From Anaerolineae bacterium (GTDB taxonomy: Bacteria > Chloroflexota > Anaerolineae > JAAYZQ01): a stretch of DNA of 24,000 nucleotides. The translations under genes were made by a program, and so were the position numbers. The stretch is taken from assembly GCA_034429215.1 (NCBI GenBank), contig DAOUGI010000022.1, positions 7,132-31,131 of the forward strand, given 5' to 3'. Under the pieces are notes generated by a model. It saw only the letters and a list, made by a program, of their open reading frames with translations, had not been told where the DNA came from and made no database searches. This document shows positions 7,860-15,255 of the stretch, piece by piece (position 1 is the first letter of the stretch; every line of letters starts with the position of its first letter).

Positions 7860-7874
7860 TATATTGTCGATATT
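7853..7874 (-). promoter_or_regulatory. Two tandem 11-bp direct repeats, candidate CarH-type operator overlapping the -35 box
   Basis: On the minus strand: AATATCGACAA (7874-7864) then TATATTGACAA (7863-7853). They match at 8 of 11 positions with exact 11-bp phasing. Both fit all five specified positions of nAnnTnnACAn. The flanking 11-mers (AACGCGTAAGA upstream, AACGTCAGGCT downstream) fit only 2 of 5 positions. Confidence 0.55.
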
Positions 7875-7939
7875 TCTTACGCGTTTCTAATAGGGGAGGT
7901 GGGCGCTATTATCTACCTGATGCCCGTGAGGCAATTGCA

Positions 7940-9952
7940 TTATCTCAATGACATGGTTGCGCCGCTCCTGTCCCCATGGTAGATGAATCCTAGCATGCGG
8001 CTGATCTTGGTCGGGTCAATACCTGCGTCGACCAGGGAGGCAGTCTGCCATTCGTCGTCGGTTTGCTCGGGGATCTTGTCATACGGGGCCAGCGTGGGTA
8101 CCGGCGTTCGGGCGGGTTGGGTGGCTGGTACTGTCACTGCTAGGCCTGTTGCAGGTACTGGTCCGAAAGCAGGCCTACACATGGGCGTGATCTTATCCAG
8201 CTCCCGCACCGCTGCATCCCAGGTGAACTCCTGGTTGTCGCTAAAGTAGTAATATGCGGTCCCGTTGGGCATGATGGCAACCACATTGCCGCTGATCCCA
8301 AGCATCTGCGGCACCCAGAACTCGCAGTCAAAGCCGTCGGCTTGGCTATAGCGGTTAGCCCAGAAGGCGTTATTGTACACCCGCCGGCTGTCTATCATTA
8401 CGCCACGGTCATCGGGTGATCGCTGTAGGGCGGCGGCAAGCAGGCCAGGGTGCAACACCTGGACGCCATCGATCTGCCCCTGCCAACTGTTCAGCAGGGT
8501 GGCAATCTTGGCGATGTCATCTGGAATCCACCACAAGCCATAGCCGCCCTCGGCCTGCCCCTGCCAGTCGTTGTCGGCGGTGCGCATGGTGGTGTATGCC
8601 CCTGGGCCGAGCCCGAGCGGCCGGTAGACCTCATCTACCACGAACTGGAAGATATCTGCCCCAGGACCTTCTTGGCTCTGCAGATAATTATGTAAGGCCC
8701 TGGTGAGGATGAATGTGTCACCGGTATGATACACCCAGTGCGTGCCCGGCTCAGCGGCCTGAGGCCAATCAAATGCCGCGGCGATCCGCGCGGCGTAGGG
8801 CTGGGCGCCAAAGAACTCGCCCATGTTAAAGCCGTCCTCGTCGGCCATGTAGCCCGCCGAGCCATAGTTCCCGGCAGACATGTCTATGGTGTGGTTGAAT
8901 GTCACCCGTTCCCAGTCCCCTGGGCTGGCGGCATATTCCGGGACATAGTCCTTGATCAGCAGGCCGGCCACCTCGGGCCCATATTTCTGCGCCAGGCGCA
9001 TCAGGGCCACGCTGACAAACGCCGATTTGGCAGTGGAGAAAGAGGCAGCGCGCATCGACTCGCAGTAGGGATAGATCCCAAAGCGGGTCTGGCAGCCGCC
9101 CAGGTAGTTGACCCCGTTCGCCACGACGCCATACCAGGTCATGTGCTCCGGACTAACGCCGCGCCCAAAGCCCGTGATGTCAACCCCGAGATAATCCTCG
9201 GCCAGCGCCTGGATCGGTTTGGTCGGCATGCGGGCGGCCAGCTCGGCCGCAAACTCGGTCCGGATGCGCTCGGCATCCTGAACAGGTCCTGGATAGTACG
9301 CAGCGTCCAGCAATCCCCACAGATCAGCCCGCGTGTAGGAAGTGACTTCTTGGGTAACCTGGTACCAGACCTTCGAGACGCTTCTTTCATCGAACAGGAA
9401 GGTCATCGTGCCATTAAAGCAGGAATTGCCGCCCTTGACCACCAGTGCAAAGGGCAAAGATGCCCGCGAGAAACCGCTATCGCCGGCCTCCTGCCACACC
9501 CGCCCCGGCTCAAGGATAATGTTCCACTCAGGATGGCCGGTGACGATCGATCCGCGCTGCACGGGGAGCAGATATCCATCGCTCTGCACGAATTCAAAAT
9601 CAAACTCTGGCAGGTAGGCGTATTCCGGCCCCAGCTCGCCCTGCAGCACCTGAATCTGGCCGCCTTCCCTCTCCCCGGCCAGCTCCAGGCGGCCTTCAAA
9701 GATGTGTGCCGCCGGAGCGGCGCCGGAAGGCGGGGCAAGTGCGCTCTCGTCCACCGGCGACGTGGCCTTGAATCCGTTCGCCAGCGCATCGTAGGTCAGC
9801 AGCGAGCGCTCCACCTCCCCGCTTCCGGCAAGAGCGGTGGTAGGCATCGTCGCGGCCGGCGTGGCGGTCGCCGCTGGGCTGACAGCATTTGGGGCAGAAG
9901 TACATGCAGCCAGGAGTATAAGGCCCACCAGAAGCAGCCGCGCAGCCTTCAT
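7940..9952 (-). CDS. Lipoprotein with beta-lactamase-fold serine hydrolase domain
   Basis: From ATG 9952 (SD GGAGG 5 nt upstream): MKAARLLLVGLILLAAC, a signal peptide with lipobox LAAC, followed by an Ala/Thr/Pro linker. Candidate SxxK nucleophile motif (FSTAKSAF) sits in a region of about 350 aa with beta-lactamase/esterase-like character. Pro/Thr-rich linker near the C-terminus. The ORF-track start at 10006 would overlap the upstream gene. Confidence 0.6.
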   Translation of the reverse strand: MKAARLLLVGLILLAACTSAPNAVSPAATATPAATMPTTALAGSGEVERSLLTYDALANGFKATSPVDESALAPPSGAAPAAHIFEGRLELAGEREGGQIQVLQGELGPEYAYLPEFDFEFVQSDGYLLPVQRGSIVTGHPEWNIILEPGRVWQEAGDSGFSRASLPFALVVKGGNSCFNGTMTFLFDERSVSKVWYQVTQEVTSYTRADLWGLLDAAYYPGPVQDAERIRTEFAAELAARMPTKPIQALAEDYLGVDITGFGRGVSPEHMTWYGVVANGVNYLGGCQTRFGIYPYCESMRAASFSTAKSAFVSVALMRLAQKYGPEVAGLLIKDYVPEYAASPGDWERVTFNHTIDMSAGNYGSAGYMADEDGFNMGEFFGAQPYAARIAAAFDWPQAAEPGTHWVYHTGDTFILTRALHNYLQSQEGPGADIFQFVVDEVYRPLGLGPGAYTTMRTADNDWQGQAEGGYGLWWIPDDIAKIATLLNSWQGQIDGVQVLHPGLLAAALQRSPDDRGVMIDSRRVYNNAFWANRYSQADGFDCEFWVPQMLGISGNVVAIMPNGTAYYYFSDNQEFTWDAAVRELDKITPMCRPAFGPVPATGLAVTVPATQPARTPVPTLAPYDKIPEQTDDEWQTASLVDAGIDPTKISRMLGFIYHGDRSGATMSLR

Positions 9953-9965
9953 CCGAACCTCCAGG

Positions 9966-10763
9966 TCAATGAGTCCCGTACTTCTCCAGCCGCCAAAACG
10001 TGTCAAACCACGGCGGAGCTATCTGGGTGAAATGCGACCAGGAGCCCGGCTCCGGGTTTTCGGCGCGCTCCATCCATTCCCACAAGCCCAAAAAACAAAA
10101 CCCATTGCCGACCAGCGTGTTCATCACAGTGCTCAGGGTATGGCGGAACTCATGCGGCCCGGACAGCCTGACCGACGAACCATCGGGCTGGGCGACGTCC
10201 CAATGCGGATAGTAGCGGGTCAGGTCTTCACCGTCGATGTAGGGACGGTTGAGGGCGTACGCCTCCCCGTCCCAGGCCTCATCGTCCACGGCGTGGCTAA
10301 AGGGGTTGGCAAACTGCAAGAAATAGATCCCGCCCGACTTGAGCACACGCGCCACTTCCCGGAAAACGGGCTCCACCGATGGGCAAAAGTTCAGAGAGTA
10401 GACCTGCCAGATCACGTCAAAGCGGCCAGCGGCAAAGATCGACAGATCGCGCATGTCGCCCTGGTGTGTCGCTACCTTCAACCCGTGGTGCGCGGCCGCC
10501 TGCCGGTCGCGCTCTAGCTGTACGTCGGACAGGTCCAAAACCGTCACGTCCGCTCCCAGCAGTCCGAAAGCGACCGAGTCCTGCCCGCCGCCGCTGGCCA
10601 GGCACAGCACGCGCTTGCCGGACACGTTGGTCAGGACGCCGTGCCGGCCTATCTGCCGGCGCGCCTCTTCGGGGGTATACTCCAGCCAGGGCTGCGACCA
10701 TTCGACATTGGCCTGCGCCAGGGCGTTCCATCGCTCGCGGTTAGTCCTGTTGATTTCGTCCAT
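9966..10763 (-). CDS. Class I SAM-dependent methyltransferase
   Basis: Motif I VLCLASGGGQDSVAFGLLGADVTVLDLS. Post-I/II elements (FDVIWQVYSLNF, VLKSGGIYFLQF). Confidence 0.8.
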   Translation of the reverse strand: MDEINRTNRERWNALAQANVEWSQPWLEYTPEEARRQIGRHGVLTNVSGKRVLCLASGGGQDSVAFGLLGADVTVLDLSDVQLERDRQAAAHHGLKVATHQGDMRDLSIFAAGRFDVIWQVYSLNFCPSVEPVFREVARVLKSGGIYFLQFANPFSHAVDDEAWDGEAYALNRPYIDGEDLTRYYPHWDVAQPDGSSVRLSGPHEFRHTLSTVMNTLVGNGFCFLGLWEWMERAENPEPGSWSHFTQIAPPWFDTFWRLEKYGTH

Positions 10764-10779
10764 GACTTATCCCCTGGTT

Positions 10780-11709
10780 TCAGAACTCTTTGAGCCACGT
10801 CTTGGAATCCTCTTTTGTTCCGAGCACGGACCCGTACAACGCGTCGGCGGGCGGATCATAGGCATTGGCCAACAGCCGGGTGCAGCCCATCAATTGCAGG
10901 CGCCTCATCCCTTCGGTCATGACGGCTTTGCCCAGCCCGCGCCGCCAGTGCTCCGCGGCCGTCCCCACCAGCACCGACACGGCGCTGCGGGTGTAATCGT
11001 CGTAAAAGATGGTGCAAAAGGCAGCGATGCTGCCGTCCGGGGCAGCGGCGACGATGTCCAGGTCGCGGCGGTAGAGCGGGGCAGACTGGACGTTTTGGTA
11101 CCACGACCAGTCGCCATCATAGGCCTCGTCCGGCTCGTCGGCGTGAAAAGCGCGCCACGAAGCCCAACTGCGGGCCGGGTGCTCGCTCAGGTCCCCCATC
11201 GAGCGGATGGTATACCCCGGTGCAAGCGGCGTTTCCGGCAGGGGGCACTCCAGATCCCGGTGCCAATGATGGACAACCCCGCTCTGCCTGGTGTACCCAC
11301 GCCGAGTCAGTATCTCCTGGCGTTGGGCATCGTCGGCAAAGGCGGGGACATACACGATCCGTTCCCCAGTCTGATTCCGGCCAAACAGGTGCTCCTCGGC
11401 ATGGGCGAGCATCTCGTCCTCCAGATCTGCCGTACGGAAATGGGGATGCACGTGCAGGCACACCTCACTCCAGCCGACCGGATGCAGCACTGCTGCTATC
11501 TGATCCCCAGCCGTCTCCCACAGGGTGGCCGCCTTCTCCACCGGGTCACACACCTGAAGGTTCAGGACAAAATGCCAGCGCAAGTAGTCGAGGCGCGCGA
11601 CGTGCCAGCTATGCTCGCGGCGTCCGTTGAGCGCAAACACTTCCCGCAGGAAATTGCGAATCCGCCAATAATCGTCTTCAGTTTGGGCCTGTTGCATAGT
11701 TAGCTTCAC
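10780..11709 (-). CDS. Two-domain GNAT family N-acetyltransferase (paralog of 14303-15247)
   Basis: C-terminal GNAT motif A: VGTAAEHWRRGLGKAVMTEGMRRLQLMGC. Roughly half of the residues are identical by eye to the 14303-15247 product, including EDDYWRIRNFLREV, GYTIRS, QSAPLYRRDLDIVA and DGSIAAFCTI. The start is GTG 11709 (or ATG 11697), 3 nt after the APH-like stop. Confidence 0.8.
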   Translation of the reverse strand: MKLTMQQAQTEDDYWRIRNFLREVFALNGRREHSWHVARLDYLRWHFVLNLQVCDPVEKAATLWETAGDQIAAVLHPVGWSEVCLHVHPHFRTADLEDEMLAHAEEHLFGRNQTGERIVYVPAFADDAQRQEILTRRGYTRQSGVVHHWHRDLECPLPETPLAPGYTIRSMGDLSEHPARSWASWRAFHADEPDEAYDGDWSWYQNVQSAPLYRRDLDIVAAAPDGSIAAFCTIFYDDYTRSAVSVLVGTAAEHWRRGLGKAVMTEGMRRLQLMGCTRLLANAYDPPADALYGSVLGTKEDSKTWLKEF

Positions 11710-11712
11710 AGC

Positions 11713-12774
11713 TCACCGCCTCTCAAGGTATCGCAGCAATTTGGTTCCGTCCCGGTTCCGCCACTCCTCGTGTTCGGCCCGCCTGGCCGGGTCGTTCTTG
11801 ATAAACAGGGATGCCCACAGGACCATGGTGGCATATTGCGTGGCCATGAACAGGTCGAGGTGCCGGAGCTGCGATTCGGGCAGCGTGCGGACCTGGGCAT
11901 AGCCCTCCAGAAAGGCATCCCGCATCCAGTACCATTCCTCGGTCCAGGGCCACAGGCACAGGGCGATGGCAATGTCCCACAGCCAGTAGCCAAAACCGCA
12001 GTCCTCAAAGTCGATCGGATACGCCTCGTCGCCCTTAAACAGCACATTCTCCGGATACATGTCGGCGTGGATCAGGCCATAGGCATCCGGCCCCTTGCCC
12101 AGGCCCTCCATCACCTGCCGCGCCTCTTGCGACACGATCTCGAACGGCTTTCTCAAGCGCTCCGGCATCGAGGCCACCAGCTCTTCGACACCGCCGTCGA
12201 AATACCGCCCGCCCAGTTGGCCCTCCCAGTCCCACACAGGCCGCTCAAACCCATCAGGAGGCTGCCAGCCCGCCGCGAACTGGTGCAGCCGGGCCACCAT
12301 CCGCCCCCAGGCCCGGAAATGGCTGGGGCGAAACCCTTTGGTCAACCTTCGCCCGTCGATCCAGCGCATCAGCGATACAATCCGCCCCTGTGGCGTCCCC
12401 GGAGTGGTGAAGCTCGTCACCAGCTCACCCTCCAGATTGGGCACCGGCTCTGGCACAGGCAGACCTGCCTCGCGGCTCAGCGCCGCCAGCCAGGTCATCT
12501 CTCCCTTGGTGCCCTCCAGGTGATCTGTATAGAGAACCCGCAGCAGATAGCGGTTGGGCACGTAGGGTCCTGGCCCCTCCCCCCTGACCGCAAGGGAAGC
12601 CGGGACGTCAACCCGGTAGATGATGTTGGCCGAGTATTGGACGAACTCGAGCCGGGCTCCACTCAAGCCATAGGCATCGAGCGCAGCCTCGGCCAGTCGC
12701 CTGGTCTGGCGCAGTTGGCCCAGGCGTGTCAGATCACCATAGGGCTTCACAATCCTTCGTCTCCTGGTGAGCAT
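11713..12774 (-). CDS. Phosphotransferase-family kinase (APH / CotS / homoserine-kinase-II-like fold)
   Basis: Brenner catalytic motif GLIHADMYPENVLF and Mg-binding PIDFEDCGFG. The start is ambiguous. ATG 12774 follows a GGGGGA run. GTG 12750 would form a GTGA 4-nt overlap with the upstream stop. The ORF-track start at 12816 is less likely. Confidence 0.75.
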   Translation of the reverse strand: MLTRRRRIVKPYGDLTRLGQLRQTRRLAEAALDAYGLSGARLEFVQYSANIIYRVDVPASLAVRGEGPGPYVPNRYLLRVLYTDHLEGTKGEMTWLAALSREAGLPVPEPVPNLEGELVTSFTTPGTPQGRIVSLMRWIDGRRLTKGFRPSHFRAWGRMVARLHQFAAGWQPPDGFERPVWDWEGQLGGRYFDGGVEELVASMPERLRKPFEIVSQEARQVMEGLGKGPDAYGLIHADMYPENVLFKGDEAYPIDFEDCGFGYWLWDIAIALCLWPWTEEWYWMRDAFLEGYAQVRTLPESQLRHLDLFMATQYATMVLWASLFIKNDPARRAEHEEWRNRDGTKLLRYLERR

Positions 12775-13829
12775 TCCCCCGCCAGATTCAACGGCAGGGT
12801 AATGGTGAACCTGCACTCGTCGTTGCCCCTCAGCAAGGTCTCGGCCTGTTCAAACCTGACCGGCTGCTCTAAAATCCCCTCCCACAGCCGCCGGTACCAG
12901 CCCGCTCCACAGAAACAAAAGGTCGGCGACAGCTTGGCAGGGATTTCGTCAAGATAAGGGTGGACAAATGGGCAATGGCAGTAGGCCTTGCGCCGTTCAG
13001 CCGGGGTCGCTGCCTTCTCAAAGCCCTCGGGGTCAAAGGGGTTCTTGCGCATGTGGACAACGTTGCCCTTGCGCACCGGCTTTTCATACCAAAAGCTGTC
13101 GGCGTACATCTCGTGCAGGACGTCGTCGATCTCGCCGCGCCGGTGATAGATGGCGCGCAGGTGATCGATCCGCTCCTGCGGAAAGACGTGAGCGCAGTGC
13201 GACACGGCCTGGCACTTCTTTTCGGCGTCGTCGCTCAGCGCATCCAGCCGCTCGATGGCGCCCTGGATCCAGGCGGTGTAATCGTCAAAGGAGGATGCAG
13301 GCGTGATCGCTTCGATCCCCTGCATGACCCGCTCTCGGGCCTCCATCCCAAGGACCGTTTCGGTACCCTCGGCCAGCAGCCGATCCCACTCGTGCAGGAT
13401 CACCTGCACCTCGGTGACATCCTCCTCCGGATGGGCGGCATCCAGCGCCCGGTAGATCTCCCGCCTGAACAGGGACGTCGTCCCGGCGTGCTTGTCCAGG
13501 TAGGCGTAGATCCTGAGCACGCTTTCCCGGATCGACCGGTGCGCGCCGTGGTGGAGCGTGATCAGCGCCGGGGCAGCTTCCAGCGTGCGGGTGCGAACCT
13601 CGCCGGTTTCCACCGCGCGCACCACCGGGAAAGCAGCTTCGACCAGAAAGCCGTCCTTCACCGCCCCGCCGTGAAAGATAACCATGGCATCGCCGCGGAT
13701 GGCCTCGCCGCAGGCCGCCCGCAGCCGGTCAAGCAGCGGCGGGATCTCGTCGCGGGTGTCGATGCGGGCTGTGAGGCTGGCGATCTGAACCGGATCGAGT
13801 TTTCTGTAAATGATAGGTTCGTCAGTCAT
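12747..13829 (-). CDS. Fusion protein: N-terminal GyrI-like/effector-binding-type domain plus C-terminal Cys/His-rich domain of unknown function
   Basis: The N-terminal ~150 aa (IASLTARID...IPPLLDRL...FHGG...FLVEAAFPV...LEAAPALITLHHGAH...IYAYLDKHAG) follows the pattern of GyrI-like small-molecule-binding domains. The C-terminal part carries CQAVSHCAH, YCHCPFVHP, FCFCGAGWYRRLWE and ECRF. No HTH is present. Confidence 0.5.
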   Translation of the reverse strand: MTDEPIIYRKLDPVQIASLTARIDTRDEIPPLLDRLRAACGEAIRGDAMVIFHGGAVKDGFLVEAAFPVVRAVETGEVRTRTLEAAPALITLHHGAHRSIRESVLRIYAYLDKHAGTTSLFRREIYRALDAAHPEEDVTEVQVILHEWDRLLAEGTETVLGMEARERVMQGIEAITPASSFDDYTAWIQGAIERLDALSDDAEKKCQAVSHCAHVFPQERIDHLRAIYHRRGEIDDVLHEMYADSFWYEKPVRKGNVVHMRKNPFDPEGFEKAATPAERRKAYCHCPFVHPYLDEIPAKLSPTFCFCGAGWYRRLWEGILEQPVRFEQAETLLRGNDECRFTITLPLNLAGECSPGDEGL

Positions 13830-13865
13830 CTCTGTTTCCTCCAGGTTGGACAGACGCCCATGGGA

Positions 13866-14291
13866 TCAGACCAGGCTCTTGGTCATAAAGTACTGGGTAT
13901 GTCCCGTGGGCATATTGGGCAGTACTCCAAAAACCGTGTAATCGCGTTTCTGGTAAAATGGCAGGGCGTTGAAACTGCCCGTCATCAGATGCACAGCGTG
14001 GCAGCCGCGCCGCCGCGCTGCCTCCTCCGCTTCGACCAGAAGCCGGCTGCCAAGTCCCAGCTTCCGGAACCGCTCGTCGGTCCACAGCCGCCCGACATAC
14101 AGGTACTGCCAATAGGTGCTTCCCGTCAGCCCGGCGACAATTGTCCCGCCAGCATCCCGCGCGAACAGGGCCAGCGGCACCCAATCCACTACCACCCCCT
14201 GGGACGCGTCGTACCCATCCAGCCCCTGTTTGACCACATCCACATCGGCAGGGTCTGGCGAATCGGTCAGTGTGATCGTATATTCCGGCAT
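13866..14291 (-). CDS. Single-domain GNAT family N-acetyltransferase
   Basis: LYVGRLWTDERFRKLGLGSRLLVEAEEAARRRGCHAVHL is GNAT motif A (R/Q-x-x-G-x-G/A). I prefer ATG 14291 (AAGGA SD, 11-nt gap after the upstream stop) over the ORF-track start at 14321. Confidence 0.8.
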   Translation of the reverse strand: MPEYTITLTDSPDPADVDVVKQGLDGYDASQGVVVDWVPLALFARDAGGTIVAGLTGSTYWQYLYVGRLWTDERFRKLGLGSRLLVEAEEAARRRGCHAVHLMTGSFNALPFYQKRDYTVFGVLPNMPTGHTQYFMTKSLV

Positions 14292-14302
14292 CTTGCGTCC
14301 TT

Positions 14303-15247
14303 TCAGAACTCTTTCTCCCACGGCTCACACAGGTCATATTCCTCGCCCATCACCGAAAAGTACAAGGCGTTCGCCGCTTGAGAGTAGCCGCTGACAAAGG
14401 CCACCTTGGCGCCCATGCGCTTGAGGCGGTGCAGCCCTTCGATCATGACCGCCTTGCCCAGCCCGCGCCGCTGGTGGGCCGGCACGGTCGCCATCGGTTC
14501 GAAACAGGCCGTGCGAGTCACATCGTCGAACCAGATCGTGCAGAAAGAGGCGATCGACCCGTCGGATGCCACGGCCACAATATCCAGGTCACGGCGGTAG
14601 AGCGGTGCAGACTGGATATCGTGGTACCAAGCCGGATGATCCCGGTTGTCGCGGGCAATGTTGATGTCGTCGTCGTGAAAACCGAGCCCTGAGGCATAAC
14701 AACGCTCGAGCAGCTCGAGCCCATCGCCGAGAGAACGGATGGTGTAGCCCGGAACGAGCGGAACCTCTGCAAGTGACCCATCCAGTGAACGGCGGTGCTG
14801 GTACTCCTGCTCTTCCGGCCCATCAACCCGGCGAAAGCCGCGGCGGATCAGGATCTCCTGGCGCATTTCGTCGTGCGAGTCAGCCCACAGCCACACCTTT
14901 CGGCGGCCATCGCGGCCGGTCGCCGCCAGGCGCTCTTCGGCAAGCGAAATCATCTCTTCTTCCAGAAGAGGCGTGCGATAATCGGGATGAACCTGCAGAA
15001 ACACCTGTCTCCAATCTTCCGGATTCAACACCGCCGCGATCTGCCCGGTCTCTGTCTCCCAAATGAACAGATTTTCCGCGAGTGGAATCTTTTGGAGGTG
15101 TGAATTGATGAACCACCACCAGTAATCCAGCCGGGAAACGTGCCAGCTCAGCTCCCGCCGGCCGTTGAGCAGCATCACCTGGCGCAGGAACTCGCGGATA
15201 CGCCAATAGTCCTCTTCGGATTGGTAACTACGCATTGTCGTCTTCAC
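14303..15247 (-). CDS. Two-domain GNAT family N-acetyltransferase (paralog of 10780-11709)
   Basis: GNAT motif A ATVPAHQRRGLGKAVMIEGLHRLKRMGA. Shares the N-terminal EEDYWRIREFLRQV and central GYTIRS / QSAPLYRRDLDIVA blocks with the 10780-11709 product. GTG start 8 nt after the OYE stop. Confidence 0.8.
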   Translation of the reverse strand: MKTTMRSYQSEEDYWRIREFLRQVMLLNGRRELSWHVSRLDYWWWFINSHLQKIPLAENLFIWETETGQIAAVLNPEDWRQVFLQVHPDYRTPLLEEEMISLAEERLAATGRDGRRKVWLWADSHDEMRQEILIRRGFRRVDGPEEQEYQHRRSLDGSLAEVPLVPGYTIRSLGDGLELLERCYASGLGFHDDDINIARDNRDHPAWYHDIQSAPLYRRDLDIVAVASDGSIASFCTIWFDDVTRTACFEPMATVPAHQRRGLGKAVMIEGLHRLKRMGAKVAFVSGYSQAANALYFSVMGEEYDLCEPWEKEF

Positions 15248-15255
15248 AATTTATG

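Noticed and set aside
8726-14381. Very long plus-strand ORFs antisense to the called genes (8726-10030 at 434 aa, 10453-11703 at 416 aa, 11770-12957 at 395 aa, 12960-14381 at 473 aa). Similar cases are 4668-5525 and 2626-3351.
   Set aside because: They are Arg/Pro/Gly/His-rich and low in complexity. They have no recognisable motifs and lie exactly opposite ORFs with clear family signatures and SD sequences. This is the typical stop-codon-poor shadow frame of high-GC DNA.
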